The notes beneath the pieces were generated by a model. The model was not told the origin of the DNA. It worked only from the letters and a program-made list of their open reading frames with translations, and did not search any database. DNA of 64,000 bases, from positions 9,150 to 73,149 of the forward strand of contig DAOULZ010000024.1 in NCBI GenBank assembly GCA_034414575.1, in the 5' to 3' direction. The position numbers were made by a program, and so were the translations under genes. Below are positions 27,290 to 38,145 of the stretch, in pieces (position 1 is the first letter of the stretch; each line of letters starts with the position of its first letter). Origin of the DNA: Dehalococcoidales bacterium (GTDB lineage Bacteria; Chloroflexota; Dehalococcoidia; Dehalococcoidales; UBA5760).

Positions 27290-27606
27290 CTCACCTCGGC
27301 TCCGGTGACGACGTCTACGATATGCTCTACAATCTTCGCCGTCTTCTTGACGGCACCCTTTCTAATTTCGGCAGCCTTCTCTTTGGCTTTCTCCAGTTCT
27401 TGGTTAGCCTTCTCCTCCGCCTTATCTATAATTTGCTTGCCTTCCTTTTTCACTTTATCTGAGGACACCTCGGCGGAGAGAATTTTGGCGGCCTCATCCT
27501 TGGCCTTAAGGACGATTTTGCTGGCCCGCTTTCTAGCCTCTTCGAGTATCTTTTCCGCTTCACTTTCGATAGTCTCGACACTACTCGTGATTTCTTTAGC
27601 AGACAT
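27286..27606 (-). CDS. A/V-type ATPase small stalk subunit (H/G-like coiled coil)
   Basis: 106-aa Lys/Glu/Ala-rich coiled coil. It is the first gene of the operon and overlaps the subunit I start by 4 nt. Confidence 0.7.
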   Translation of the reverse strand: MSAKEITSSVETIESEAEKILEEARKRASKIVLKAKDEAAKILSAEVSSDKVKKEGKQIIDKAEEKANQELEKAKEKAAEIRKGAVKKTAKIVEHIVDVVTGAEVR

Positions 27607-27968
27607 AGCGCACCTCTTTCCGAGAAAATCTGGGGCTCATAAACGGGAAAACTTATGCCACCTAACATACCCACGGGTTAGTCTTCTCTCAACCCATGTT
27701 ATGCCATAGCTATTAACCAGCCTATAACGGCTCGCTAGTAACATCAAATCGTAAAAATCGTAAGAGGATGCCCCTCGATAATGATTTGCTTTTTAAGGAC
27801 GTGATCTGCTGCTTGTATTTCCCCACTGCTCCCGTGGCTAAATTAGGGAAGACCGAGTTGCTAACCAAGATTAATTTTGCTAAACAATCCTGACTGGTAA
27901 TTTATGTACCAATCTTTGAGATTATAGCAAACCTCCTCTCCAAAGTAAACCCCAGCCATAACGCGGAC

Positions 27969-28979
27969 TCACGTTAGACCGGTGCCGGAAAGAAAAATAT
28001 AATGCATCCCGAAGATATAGAGGCCAATGAGCGCCACCGACTGCCAGCTGATAAAGGAAAATGTTTTGCGCTCATGCTTGAGCCTGAGCCCGCTAATAGC
28101 AACGAGGCTCATGCCTATGATTAAAATGGCTGTGATAAGGTGTGCCCCTGACACCGATGATAAGACGGGGCCTTGCCGGAAGGCGAGGTCAACCGGAGTG
28201 ATAAGGGCCAGGTTAAACATATTACTACCCAATATATCCGCCACCGCCATATCTATGGCTCCCAAGCGGAGGGCAGCGACGCAAACCACCAATTCCGGGA
28301 GCGAAGTGGTAATAGCCACGAATAAGCTACCGACAAAACTGGAATGCCAGCTGTAGGTTAGGGCAATTTCGTCACCAATGAAGGCTAACCATATGCCAGC
28401 ACCAATAACAGCGGCGGTGGCTAAGCCGAATCTTAGATACACTGTTCTGGCTGACAATTCCCCGTATCGAGAGGCAGTAGCTCCCGTTGGCGGCGGCTTA
28501 CGGCTTCGCTCGGAGCGGAATAGCCACCATATCCCTAGGACATAGAGTACCAGCGGTAGTATGCCCGGGGCGTTTACCAACCCCGTGGTTAAACTGGGAA
28601 ACCTGGTGCCTCCCCATATACCACCGGCGATAACCCCGGCCAGCACTATGCCAAGGCCAGCCGACTTTAGGTGCTTTGAGCTAGCCCGGCTCAAGATGGG
28701 TACGGGACGGGACATGATATCCAGTAGAGCCAGAATAGCTAGATTAAACAGGCAACTGCCTAACAGGTTGCCAACAGCTAAATCAGGGAGCTTGACGAGG
28801 GCAGCCGCACTCACTCCGGCAACTAACTCCGGCATAGAAGTGATGGCAGCCAGAAGAATCAGACCTACCCATATCCGTCCCAGCCCCGTCTTCTCAGCAA
28901 TTGCATCCCCGTAGCGGGCTAAGCTCGTTCCGGAGAACAGGATGATAGTCAGGCAGGCAGCAAACTTTAACCAGACCAA
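27969..28979 (-). CDS. Ca2+/cation (Na+) antiporter, CaCA/YrbG family
   Basis: Two alpha-repeats are present: ITSMPELVAGVSAA...GNLLGSCLFNL and TTSLPELVVCVAALRLG...DILGSNMFNL. About 10 TM segments. Confidence 0.8.
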   Translation of the reverse strand: MVWLKFAACLTIILFSGTSLARYGDAIAEKTGLGRIWVGLILLAAITSMPELVAGVSAAALVKLPDLAVGNLLGSCLFNLAILALLDIMSRPVPILSRASSKHLKSAGLGIVLAGVIAGGIWGGTRFPSLTTGLVNAPGILPLVLYVLGIWWLFRSERSRKPPPTGATASRYGELSARTVYLRFGLATAAVIGAGIWLAFIGDEIALTYSWHSSFVGSLFVAITTSLPELVVCVAALRLGAIDMAVADILGSNMFNLALITPVDLAFRQGPVLSSVSGAHLITAILIIGMSLVAISGLRLKHERKTFSFISWQSVALIGLYIFGMHYIFLSGTGLT

Positions 28980-29182
28980 AACTTGGAACTCCTAGAGAAA
29001 GACAATTTACTGAAAGCATACAATATCGGGGGCAAGACCGTAAAGCCATACCACTGAGATACTGACGGTGTCTAGTGCCGTTGTCTGAGGAAGGCTCATC
29101 AAGCCACGTGTTATCCTCGGGGAAACTGTGGTGAAGTTTGAACGGGCTGCTTTTCCCAGGGGGGATTTCGGGGGCTTTTTAG

Positions 29183-29830
29183 TTACTTCTTTTCTGGCTT
29201 ACCCCTAGCTTCATCGGTCTTGGCTACCTCTTTGGCCGGCTTACCGAGGACCTCATCCACCAGACCGTATTCCACCGCCTGCTCCGGAGTAAGGTAGAAA
29301 TCGCGGTCGGTATCGTGAACTATCTTTTCCTCAGTTTGGCCGGTATGTTTTACCAGGATATTGCGCAGCAGTGCCTGCAGACGCATAATTTCGCGAGCCG
29401 CAATTTCGATATCGGCGGCCTGTCCCTGGGCACCACCGACCGCTTGGTGCAGGTGTATGGTGGCGTTGGGCAGGGCATAGCGCTTGCCCTTGGTGCCGGC
29501 GCAGAGAAGCACCGTCCCCATGCTGGCGGCCATACCGACACAGATGGTTGATATATCGGGGCGTACGAGCTGCATGGTGTCGTAGATGGCCAGCCCGGCG
29601 CTGATGATGCCACCGGGACAGTTGATATAAACGCTTATGTCCTTGTCCGGGTCTTCCCGTTCCAGATAGAGAAGCTGAGCAATGATAACATTGGCCACCT
29701 GGTCATTAATTGGCATGCCCATCATAACAATGCGCTCTTTTAATAAGAGCGAATAGATATCAAAAGCTCGCTCACCTCTGGCCCCACTCTCAATTACCAT
29801 TGGGATGACGTTCTTCGGTTGGATATTCAT
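29183..29830 (-). CDS. clpP: ATP-dependent Clp protease proteolytic subunit
   Basis: The [15 protein letters not shown] start and the catalytic-Ser context GMAASMG. It carries a Lys-rich C-terminal tail. Confidence 0.95.
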   Translation of the reverse strand: MNIQPKNVIPMVIESGARGERAFDIYSLLLKERIVMMGMPINDQVANVIIAQLLYLEREDPDKDISVYINCPGGIISAGLAIYDTMQLVRPDISTICVGMAASMGTVLLCAGTKGKRYALPNATIHLHQAVGGAQGQAADIEIAAREIMRLQALLRNILVKHTGQTEEKIVHDTDRDFYLTPEQAVEYGLVDEVLGKPAKEVAKTDEARGKPEKK

Positions 29831-31164
29831 TTTGCCGCCTCCTTCTTCTTATTCTTCTTCTGTTTTATCTCTGTGCTTGAATCTGGACCCTTAGCCATTG
29901 TAATCAGCCGCTGGATAGTCTTTCTCCTGATTAGAATTTGCTTAATTGAATCACGAGACTGGGGAGTATTCAGCAGTCGTCTAAATTCGTCTCTCTTATC
30001 TTCACTGGTACGCTTTATCGTATCCTCAATCTCAGTATCTATCTCAGGGTCGCTAATCTCGATTTTCTCCTCCTGGCTGATCTTGCCTAAGACCAGCGAC
30101 CGGATAACCCGCTTTGTGGCCGGAGGACGCAGTTCCTCCCGCAGCTCCTCTTCGGTCTTATTAATGCTGGCTAGATACTCCTCCAAGCCTCGGCCACTCT
30201 CCCGCCAGTAACGTAGCTGCTGGTCGAGGAGCTGGTTGGTCTCCATCTCTACCAGGATGGGGGGGAACTCCACCTCTGACTGGTTGACCGCGGCATCTAT
30301 AACCCCCTCCTCGAAATCCAGTCGGGACTTCTCTTCGGCTCTGAGCTTCAGGTTATCCGCCACCTGCGCTCGCAGTGAATCCAGGGTTTCAAATTTGGGG
30401 TCGATCCCTTTAGCGAATTCATCATTTAGCTCGGGGAGTTTTTCCTGCTTTACTTCGCTGATCTTTACCCGAAAGGAGGCCTCCTTGCCGGCTATCTCCT
30501 TGTCGGGGTGATCCTCCGTAACCGGGAGCTTGAATTCCTTGGATTCATCCCTTTTTAGACCGATTAGCTGCTCGGCAAACCCGGGCACCGGGGCGGAGTA
30601 ATTCTCCAGGACCTGGTATTGAGCTCCATTCTGGTTGATAAACGGCTTACCGCCGGCGTTGCTTTCGATATCGAAGACTGCCAGGTCGTTAAAGGCTACG
30701 GCGCGGTCTACCGGCTCCCAGGTAGCCTGCTGATGCCGTATCCTTTCGATCATTGAGGCGACATCATCATCGGTTATGGCTACTGGCTCCGGGGTCAGCC
30801 GAATGCTTTGGTAATCACCCAGCTTAACCGTAGGCGGCAGGGGTATCGTTGCCTTGAAAACCAGCGGCTCAGTTTGGGTTATCTCAACCGACGGGCGGGC
30901 AAAAGCCTCAATCTCCTGCTCCTTAACGGCGTTCTCATAGGCCTCGGGAATCAGGACGTTCAGGGCCTCTTCGAAGAGGCCTTCTTTGCCGATGTAGCGT
31001 TCCAGCATAGCCCGGGGAGCCTTTCCCTTGCGAAAGCCGGGGACATTCGTCTTCTTAACTAGGCGTCGATATGCCTTGTCCAGAGACTCCTCAACCTCAG
31101 CTGGCTCCATCTCAATGGTTAGAAAGGCCTGGCTGTTCTCTATCTTGTCATTGGTTACTTTCAC
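29827..31164 (-). CDS. tig: Trigger factor
   Basis: 445 aa. The GFRKGKAP ribosome-binding motif is present, and the tig-clpP order is conserved synteny. Confidence 0.9.
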   Translation of the reverse strand: MKVTNDKIENSQAFLTIEMEPAEVEESLDKAYRRLVKKTNVPGFRKGKAPRAMLERYIGKEGLFEEALNVLIPEAYENAVKEQEIEAFARPSVEITQTEPLVFKATIPLPPTVKLGDYQSIRLTPEPVAITDDDVASMIERIRHQQATWEPVDRAVAFNDLAVFDIESNAGGKPFINQNGAQYQVLENYSAPVPGFAEQLIGLKRDESKEFKLPVTEDHPDKEIAGKEASFRVKISEVKQEKLPELNDEFAKGIDPKFETLDSLRAQVADNLKLRAEEKSRLDFEEGVIDAAVNQSEVEFPPILVEMETNQLLDQQLRYWRESGRGLEEYLASINKTEEELREELRPPATKRVIRSLVLGKISQEEKIEISDPEIDTEIEDTIKRTSEDKRDEFRRLLNTPQSRDSIKQILIRRKTIQRLITMAKGPDSSTEIKQKKNKKKEAAK

Positions 31165-32957
31165 CCTTCCTCCTCTAAACGCAGATGTAATTCCTTAAGT
31201 TGCTCATCAGTAACTGGTGACGGGGCGTTAAAGGTTAGATCGATGGCTTCCTGGGTTTTAGGGAAGGCAATTACCTCCCGGATGGTCTTTTCTCCGGCGA
31301 GGAGCATTACTAAGCGGTCAATACCGATGGCGATGCCGCCGTGGGGTGGGGCGCCGTAGTCAAAAGCCTCCAGCATATGTCCAAAAAGCTCATTAACCTC
31401 GGTGTCACTGTAGCCCATCAGGCTGAATACTTGCCTTTGCAGCTCACTGGTGTGAATCCGGATGCTACCGCCGCCAATCTCATATCCGTTGCAGATAATG
31501 TCATAGTGTCTGCCCCTTACTCTGCCCGGGTCTTTATTGAGTAGCGGGGCATCTTCAGGCTGAGGTGCCGTGAAGGGGTGGTGCTCGGCTTCCCACCGCC
31601 CCGACTTCTCGTTCCACCCTAGCAGCGGGAAATCGGTAACGAAAGCAAAGGCAAGCTGGTTGGGGTCGGTTAGCGCCAGGCGCTGCCCCATCTCCTGCCG
31701 CAGCCCGCCGAGGACAGTGCTGACCACCCTGGGCTTACCGGCAATGATAAGCAGCAGGTCTCCCGGATTTGCCCCCAGGCGTTTTGCCATGTCCCTGATG
31801 TTATCTATGGTTAGGAATTTAGCCGCTACCGACTTTACGTCGTCCATGGTTAGAGAATCCAAGTCTGCGGCTTGGGCGTCCAGCGAGATGGTGACCAGGC
31901 CTCCGGCGCCGAGGCTCTGCGCCAGCCTGTTTAGCTCGTTGAGCTGACCGCGCGTGTAGTTTGCACATTCGGGGGCTGAGATGCCGGCTACTTTACCCCC
32001 GTCGGCGATTACCGACTGGAAGATGGAAAAGCTGGACTCGGCGGCGATGTCAGTCAGGTCTTTTATCTCCAGTCCGAAGCGCACATCTGGCTTATCGTTG
32101 CCGTAGCGTGCCGTTGCCTCAGCGTAGGTGAGGCGGGGGAATGGTTTTATCACCCGTCTTTTCGGTTGAACTGCCGTTGCCAGAGAGGTGAAAAGCTCCT
32201 CCATCAGGTTGAGAATATCCTCCTCCTCAACGAAGCTCATCTCCAGGTCAAGCTGAGTGAATTCGGGCTGGCGGTCGGCGCGGGTGTCTTCATCGCGAAA
32301 GCACCGGGCGATTTGGAAATACTGGTCAATACCGGCTACCATAAGCAGTTGCTTGAGCTGCTGTGGTGATTGCGGCAGGGCGTAGAACTTGCCGGCGTGA
32401 ATCCGGCTGGGCACCAGGTAATCTCGGGCTCCCTCTGGGGTACTCTTGATCAGGATTGGGGTTTCTACTTCAATAAAGCCCCTCCCGTCCAGGAAGTCGC
32501 GAATGAACTTTATAATCCGGTGACGAAGGAGGAGGTTCTCCTTCATTCGCGGCCGGCGCAGATCGAGATAGCGGTATTTAAGCCGGAGGCTTTCCTCCAC
32601 TTCGGTCTCTTCATTGATGTAAAAAGGCGGCGTCTTTGACGGGTTGAGCAGCTCTGAACTCTCAGCGATAAGCTCAATCTCACCGGTAGCCAAATTTGGG
32701 TTCTCAGTCCCCTTGGGGCGGGGGGTGACCTTACCTCTAACCCGAACCACATACTCGCTGCGCATCTCGCTGGCTACCCGATGACATTCCTCCGATACCT
32801 CTGGGTTAAACACCACCTGGACGATACCCTCCCGATCGCGCAGGTCAATAAATATCAGCCCGCCGTGGTCCCGGCGCCGGTCCACCCAGCCGGCCAGTGT
32901 TACCTCGCTACCGATATGCTCTTTGTTTAATTCACCGCAGCTGTGATTCTTTAGCAA
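31161..32957 (-). CDS. aspS: Aspartate--tRNA ligase (bacterial type)
   Basis: 598 aa with the class II motifs FRDEDTRADRQPEFTQLD and GGGSIRIH, and GIDRLVML. TTG start. Confidence 0.95.
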   Translation of the reverse strand: MLKNHSCGELNKEHIGSEVTLAGWVDRRRDHGGLIFIDLRDREGIVQVVFNPEVSEECHRVASEMRSEYVVRVRGKVTPRPKGTENPNLATGEIELIAESSELLNPSKTPPFYINEETEVEESLRLKYRYLDLRRPRMKENLLLRHRIIKFIRDFLDGRGFIEVETPILIKSTPEGARDYLVPSRIHAGKFYALPQSPQQLKQLLMVAGIDQYFQIARCFRDEDTRADRQPEFTQLDLEMSFVEEEDILNLMEELFTSLATAVQPKRRVIKPFPRLTYAEATARYGNDKPDVRFGLEIKDLTDIAAESSFSIFQSVIADGGKVAGISAPECANYTRGQLNELNRLAQSLGAGGLVTISLDAQAADLDSLTMDDVKSVAAKFLTIDNIRDMAKRLGANPGDLLLIIAGKPRVVSTVLGGLRQEMGQRLALTDPNQLAFAFVTDFPLLGWNEKSGRWEAEHHPFTAPQPEDAPLLNKDPGRVRGRHYDIICNGYEIGGGSIRIHTSELQRQVFSLMGYSDTEVNELFGHMLEAFDYGAPPHGGIAIGIDRLVMLLAGEKTIREVIAFPKTQEAIDLTFNAPSPVTDEQLKELHLRLEEEG

Positions 32958-33086
32958 AGCAAGACCTTTCTAAGGAGGTTTTTCCTGCTGATTATAGCTT
33001 ATCAGGGATGTTCTCGTCTATATGAGCCGGGGGGCATAGAAAACCCAACGGGCTCTAGGTTAAAACCCGGAGCCCGGTTTTAGACG

Positions 33087-33439
33087 TGGTGGAGACGGGG
33101 GAGAGTTGAACTCCCCGTCCAAGAAAGGCTACCCAGGATATACTACAAGCTTAGTCAGCTCTTTTTCTTACTTAACTAACCTCTGCTGACCGAGTTTAGC
33201 TAAGCCAGCTGATAACTCTTTCACCATCCTTATCAGTATCGGGATGATGGCACCTCAACTTTTCGGCACCCAATCCTAACCCGTTGAGGTGGGGTCAGGC
33301 TGGATGTGCAGCCCAGTTAATTAGGCTGCGAGAGCGAATTCAGGTTCGCCAGTTATTTTGGCCACTTGTTTTATGAGGGTAGCGGCACCTCAGCTTGCAA
33401 TCCTGTAGCATACCTCCCCTGTCGAACCCGCGCGTCCCC
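33087..33439 (-). ncRNA. ssrA: tmRNA (SsrA)
   Basis: The 5' end GGGGACGCGCGGGTTCGACAGGGG pairs with the 3' end ...GGACGGGGAGTTCAACTCTCCCCCGTCTCCACCA, giving an acceptor stem with a G3:U pair, a T-arm and encoded CCA. An internal tag ORF GGC GAA CCT GAA TTC GCT CTC GCA GCC TAA lies at 33321-33350. Confidence 0.95.
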
Positions 33440-33565
33440 ACTACAAAGGACTATACCACCATAAACTAACTCCCTTAATATTATACTCCTTTGGGACTCA
33501 AATGACTATCTTAACCGAGATGGAGGGTTGCCGCTTGAAGTACGTTTCTTATGTCTTGAGGTTGC

Positions 33566-34018
33566 TTATTTATGCCTTTTTATGGCTCGTTCTATTTCCC
33601 GCTTTGCCTGGCGACGGGCTACCACCTCGCGTTTGTCATACAGCTTTTTGCCCTTAGCCAGGGCGATCTCGACCTTGGCAACCCCATTTTTGATGTACAG
33701 TTTCAGTGGCAGCAGCGTCAGGCCCTTTTCCTGCACCTGGCTGGCGAGATTATCGATTTCCTTGCGGTGCAGCAGGAGCTTTCGGGGTCGGGTCGGGGTA
33801 TGGCTCATATAGCTGCCCGCCTCGTAGCGGGCAATGTGAGCGTTCAGTAACCATAGCTCCCTGCCTTCAGGTTTGACGTAGGCATCACCTAGGCTTACCC
33901 TGCCGGCCCGGATTGACTTTATTTCGGTGCCGCTGAGCACCATGCCAGCCTCCAGGCTGTCCAGTACGTGGTAGTTATGGTAGGCTTTGCGGTTGGTTAC
34001 TATCGTCTTTATGGCCAC
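33566..34018 (-). CDS. smpB: SsrA-binding protein
   Basis: 150 aa. NRKAYHNYHV...GTEIKSIR...LLLHRKEI match SmpB throughout. Confidence 0.95.
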   Translation of the reverse strand: MAIKTIVTNRKAYHNYHVLDSLEAGMVLSGTEIKSIRAGRVSLGDAYVKPEGRELWLLNAHIARYEAGSYMSHTPTRPRKLLLHRKEIDNLASQVQEKGLTLLPLKLYIKNGVAKVEIALAKGKKLYDKREVVARRQAKREIERAIKRHK

Positions 34019-34081
34019 GGGTTGATTATAGCACAGGTTATCTTTAGCCAGAAAAGCCGGGGGTAGTTAGGTGCCTAGCGT

Positions 34082-35623
34082 TTACTGTTTTACCAGTACG
34101 ATTTGGTGCTGCCACTCGGGGGAACTCTGGGGAAAATCGGAGCGGAAGTGGGCGCCGCGGCTCTCCTCTCTGAGGAGGGCGGCTTCGGTTACTAGACGGC
34201 CGGCTATTGCTAGGTTAGCCAGCTCGTAGGAGGGGCGGTCTTTGGGCTTGGGTAAACGGGCCTGCCAGGTGGCGAGAATATCGGCTGCCTGGTTTAAATC
34301 TTCCCTTTGGCGTATAATGCCAACCTTTTTCCAGAGTAGCTCCTGCAAGGTGGAAAGGCTGGGTGGGGGTATCGCCTTAAGGGGCTTTCGCCGAGACAGC
34401 GAGCTGCGGACCTCAGCCCCTGGGTAGGGGGTCGGTATTTCCGGGGCTGCCTCCCGGGCGGTTCTCTCCACAATTCTTTGGCAGAAGACCACTGCCTCGA
34501 GGAGTGAGTTTGAGGCCAGTCGGTTGGCTCCATGGACGCCGGTACAGGCGGTTTCACCGACGGCGAATAACCCGGCGATGTTGGTTTCTCCCCAGATATT
34601 GGTCTTAACACCACCCATAATATAATGGGCGGCCGGGGTAACTGGTATCAAATTCTTGGTGATATCTAAGCCGTGGTCGAGACAAAAGCGGTAGATTTGG
34701 GGGAAGCGGTTGGTAATAACATAGCGTGGTAGATGGGTGGCATCAATAAAGACCCGGTCCGAGTCTGTTTTAATCATCTCGTAGAGTATACTGCGTGCTA
34801 CCACATCTCTTGGTGCTAGGTCAGCTTCTGGTGTGTAGTCGGGCATGAATCGATATCCATTTATGTTACGGAGCACCCCTCCCTCACCTCTAACCGCTTC
34901 CGAGATCAGAAACGGTGGTACTCCCGGCAGGTGGAGGGCGGTGGGGTGAAACTGGAAGAACTCCATGTCAGTTATCTCGGCCCCAGCGCGATAAGCCAGG
35001 GCGATGCCATCACCGGTGGCCACGTCGGAGTTGGTGGTGAGCTTGTATAGCTGCCCGGCCCCGCCCGTGGCTATGACCAGGAAACGGCACTCAAACTCCT
35101 CAATAGAGCCAGTGTGGCAATCTAGGGATCTTGCGCCCCGGATGGCTCCCCGGTCTACCAGGATTTCAATAGCTAGGCAATCTTCGAGCACCTGGATTTT
35201 GGAAGAACGCACCCACCGGCTTAGGGTGACTTCAACATGTTCGCCGGTGGCGTCACCACCGGCATGGAGGATACGGGAGACACTGTGAGCTGCCTCCTTG
35301 GTGAGGGCGATCTCGCCGTTAACTGTGTCAAACGGCACCCCTAGATTGACCAGGTCAGCGATCCTCGCTGGGGCTTCGTTAACCAGAATACGTACCGCCT
35401 CAATATTGCACAAGCCATCCCCAGCGGCTAGGGTATCCTTAAGGTGGAGCTCAGGGGAATCGTCTTTACCGATAGCTGCGGCGATACCACCCTGGGCATG
35501 CCTCGTATTACAGTCATCAATACTGCCTTTAGTGATGATAAGCACACTGCCCTGCTCCTTGGCCAGCAGGGCAGTGTAGAGTCCGGCAATACCGCTGCCA
35601 ACTATAATGTAATCGTACTTCAT
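34082..35623 (-). CDS. nadB: L-aspartate oxidase-like FAD flavoprotein (NadB / soluble fumarate-reductase class)
   Basis: YDYIIVGSGIAGLY dinucleotide fold, HAQGGIAAA, HYIMGGVKTN...GETACTGVHGANRLASNSLLE and ESRGAHFRSDFP. The start is placed at the ATG at 35623 (MKYDYIIVG). The ORF-track start at 35725 would overlap the fumarase beta gene. Confidence 0.75.
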   Translation of the reverse strand: MKYDYIIVGSGIAGLYTALLAKEQGSVLIITKGSIDDCNTRHAQGGIAAAIGKDDSPELHLKDTLAAGDGLCNIEAVRILVNEAPARIADLVNLGVPFDTVNGEIALTKEAAHSVSRILHAGGDATGEHVEVTLSRWVRSSKIQVLEDCLAIEILVDRGAIRGARSLDCHTGSIEEFECRFLVIATGGAGQLYKLTTNSDVATGDGIALAYRAGAEITDMEFFQFHPTALHLPGVPPFLISEAVRGEGGVLRNINGYRFMPDYTPEADLAPRDVVARSILYEMIKTDSDRVFIDATHLPRYVITNRFPQIYRFCLDHGLDITKNLIPVTPAAHYIMGGVKTNIWGETNIAGLFAVGETACTGVHGANRLASNSLLEAVVFCQRIVERTAREAAPEIPTPYPGAEVRSSLSRRKPLKAIPPPSLSTLQELLWKKVGIIRQREDLNQAADILATWQARLPKPKDRPSYELANLAIAGRLVTEAALLREESRGAHFRSDFPQSSPEWQHQIVLVKQ

Positions 35624-35666
35624 CGGGTTACTCTCTGGGACTTGTCTCGATGTGGTGGAGCTTGCT

Positions 35667-36218
35667 TCAGTCTCTTCGATACTTGGTCTTTCCATCTTCA
35701 TATAGGTCGCCGCCATAGATATCATTTACTACCGTGACCGGGAAGTCAGTAACCTCGAGGCGGCGGAGTGCCTCAGCCCCGAGTTCTTCATAGGCGATCA
35801 CCTCTGATTGCTTGATGCTCCTTGAGGCGAGGGCGCCGGCACCGCCGATAGCTCCCAGATAGACTGCTTTATATTGCTTCATAGCCTCTTTGACGGCTGG
35901 TGAGCGCATTCCCTTGCCAATCATCCCTTTGAGCCCTTCAGCGATCAGGCGCGGCGAGTAGCTGTCCATACGGCCACTAGTAGTCGGCCCCGCCGATCCG
36001 ATGGGCCTTCCTGGCCTAGCCGGAGAGGGGCCCATAAAGTATATTGTCTGACCCTTGATATCAAGGGGAATGGGTTCTCCGCGATCCAGAGTCTCAATTA
36101 TTCTTTTATGAGCCGCATCGCGGCCGACATATATCGTGCCGGTAAGCAGGATATCGTCTCCTGCTCTCAAGTCTTTCAGGGTCTCCTCGGTCAGCGGAAG
36201 GGTAACCTTTTTCGTCAT
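35667..36218 (-). CDS. Class I (Fe-S) fumarate hydratase / tartrate dehydratase, beta subunit
   Basis: 183 aa. The blocks GTIYVGRDAAHKR and GPTTSGRMD are typical of the C-terminal-domain protein of two-subunit class I fumarases. Confidence 0.85.
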   Translation of the reverse strand: MTKKVTLPLTEETLKDLRAGDDILLTGTIYVGRDAAHKRIIETLDRGEPIPLDIKGQTIYFMGPSPARPGRPIGSAGPTTSGRMDSYSPRLIAEGLKGMIGKGMRSPAVKEAMKQYKAVYLGAIGGAGALASRSIKQSEVIAYEELGAEALRRLEVTDFPVTVVNDIYGGDLYEDGKTKYRRD

Positions 36219-36346
36219 GATGGCCTCCGAATTAATTACTTATACTTATACTCTGAGCCCCTTTAAGATATCCTGGGCAATAATGCTTCTCTGGAGTTCT
36301 AAGGCCAGCTCGGTAGCACTCGTTGCCAGGGCACCATGGTACCGAC

Positions 36347-37192
36347 CTAGAGGACTGCCTCTTTGTGCCGGGCACACCAGCACTGCATATTTACGGCTAC
36401 CGGCAGGCTGGCGATATGGGCGGGAAATACCTCAATGTGCACTGCCAGAGCTGTGGTTCTGCCTCCATATCCCATCGGCCCGATGCCCAGATTATTTACC
36501 CGTTTGAAGATTTCCCTTTCCAGCTCGGCGACCTCTTCGTCGGGGTTGGGTTTCCCGACCTTGCGTAATAAGGCTCGCTTGGCGAGCATAACACATTTCT
36601 CCACCGTGCCGCCAATGCCAATACCGACAATAACTGGGGGGCAGGGGTTACTTCCTGCCTCATCTACAGTTGTGATCACAAAATCAATGACCCCCTGGCG
36701 GCCCTGCGCCGGCTTGAGCATTGCCAGGCGCGACATATTCTCCGCCCCGCCTCCCTTGGGTATAGCGATGATCTTGAGCCTATCGCCCGGGACAATATCA
36801 GTATAGATGATAGCTGGGGTGTTGTCCTTGGTGTTGGCTCGGGCGGAAAAGGGTTTGCTCACCATGGATTTGCGCAGATAGCCTTCGGCGTAGCCCTGTC
36901 GTACCCCCTCATTTATGGCTGAGTAGAGGTCACCCCCGACAATGTGGATATCCTGCCCTAATTCCAAAAAGACAATGGCGCCCCCTGTATCCTGACACAG
37001 AGGAATCTGCTCGCTAGCCGCAATATCGACATTCTCGAGTATTCTTCCCAGCACCTCACGCCCCACGGGAGATTCCTCTGTTTCCTGTCCTCGTTTGATG
37101 GCGCTAGTTACGTCCTCGGGAAGAAAGTGGCAGGCTTCCTGAAAAAGCCGGGACACGGTCTTGGTTATTTCCTTGGCCTCAATCTCTCTCAT
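36347..37192 (-). CDS. Class I (Fe-S) fumarate hydratase / tartrate dehydratase, alpha subunit
   Basis: 281 aa. It has the LCQDTGGAIVF and GSNPCPPVIVGIGIGG blocks and Cys ligands. Confidence 0.85.
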   Translation of the reverse strand: MREIEAKEITKTVSRLFQEACHFLPEDVTSAIKRGQETEESPVGREVLGRILENVDIAASEQIPLCQDTGGAIVFLELGQDIHIVGGDLYSAINEGVRQGYAEGYLRKSMVSKPFSARANTKDNTPAIIYTDIVPGDRLKIIAIPKGGGAENMSRLAMLKPAQGRQGVIDFVITTVDEAGSNPCPPVIVGIGIGGTVEKCVMLAKRALLRKVGKPNPDEEVAELEREIFKRVNNLGIGPMGYGGRTTALAVHIEVFPAHIASLPVAVNMQCWCARHKEAVL

Positions 37193-37206
37193 TGCCGTCC
37201 GCTCCT

Positions 37207-38133
37207 TTACTGCTTCAGGCTCTTTACCAGCTCCTGCACCGCCTGAGCGGTCTTGATCAGGGCTGATTTCTCCTCAGCGGTTAGCTCAAGCTCTATGATT
37301 TGCTCGATGCCATCCTTGCCTAGTTTCACTGGTACGCCGATGACGCTATCTTTAATCCCGTATTCCCCATCCAGGTAGGTAGCACAGGGTAGGATTCGCT
37401 TCTTATCTAGGATTATGGTCTCGACCATCTGGGCCACGGCAGCTGAGGGGGCATAGAAGGCACTGCCAGTCTTAAGTAGGCCGACAATCTCCGCCCCGGC
37501 CCCTACGGTGCGCTCTACTAGCCGATTAATAGTTTCCTGAGGCAGGAGTTTGGTTATCGGGACGCCGTGGACGGTGCATAGTCTGGGGATAACGAGCATG
37601 GCGGCACCGTGTTGTCCCAGAATGCAGGCGGACACATCTTCCACCGATACAGTAAGCTCGGCAGCGATGAAACTTCTGAGGCGGGAAGTATCCAAAATAC
37701 CAGACATGCCCATAACTCTATTTCTGGGGAACTGGCTAGTGTGTAGAGCCAAGTAGGTCATAGCATCCAGGGGATTAGTAACCATAATGATAATACAATT
37801 TGGTGAATGTTCTGCGACATTGCGGATAACCCCGCTGACAATGTTGGCATTGGTTTGCAATAGCTCTTCACGACTCATGTTAGGTTTTCGGGGAATCCCT
37901 GAGGTAATGACCACCACGTCTGAGCTAGCCGTTTCTTGGTAGCTATTGGTTCCAGTGATATGGGTATCAGACCTGAGGATAGGTGCCGACTCAAGCATAT
38001 CTAAGCCTTTACCCTGAGGCAATCCCTCGATAATGTCTAACAGAACTACATCAGTATAGCCTCTCTCAGCAATTCGTTGGGCGCAGGAAGCACCGACATT
38101 TCCGGCACCAATAATACTGACTTTACTAACCAC
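37207..38133 (-). CDS. mdh: Malate dehydrogenase (LDH-like family)
   Basis: IIGAGNVGAS Rossmann fold. GIPRKPNMSREEL carries the MDH-type Arg, where LDHs have Gln. 308 aa. Confidence 0.9.
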   Translation of the reverse strand: MVSKVSIIGAGNVGASCAQRIAERGYTDVVLLDIIEGLPQGKGLDMLESAPILRSDTHITGTNSYQETASSDVVVITSGIPRKPNMSREELLQTNANIVSGVIRNVAEHSPNCIIIMVTNPLDAMTYLALHTSQFPRNRVMGMSGILDTSRLRSFIAAELTVSVEDVSACILGQHGAAMLVIPRLCTVHGVPITKLLPQETINRLVERTVGAGAEIVGLLKTGSAFYAPSAAVAQMVETIILDKKRILPCATYLDGEYGIKDSVIGVPVKLGKDGIEQIIELELTAEEKSALIKTAQAVQELVKSLKQ

Positions 38134-38145
38134 CTCTTCCCTCCT

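Noticed and set aside
33020-33086. Small hairpins downstream of tmRNA on the minus strand (CCGG-GCT-CCGG followed by GTTTT, and CCC-GTT-GGG followed by TTTT) as possible terminators.
   Set aside because: The stems are only 3-4 bp. This is plausible but too weak to annotate as terminators from sequence alone.
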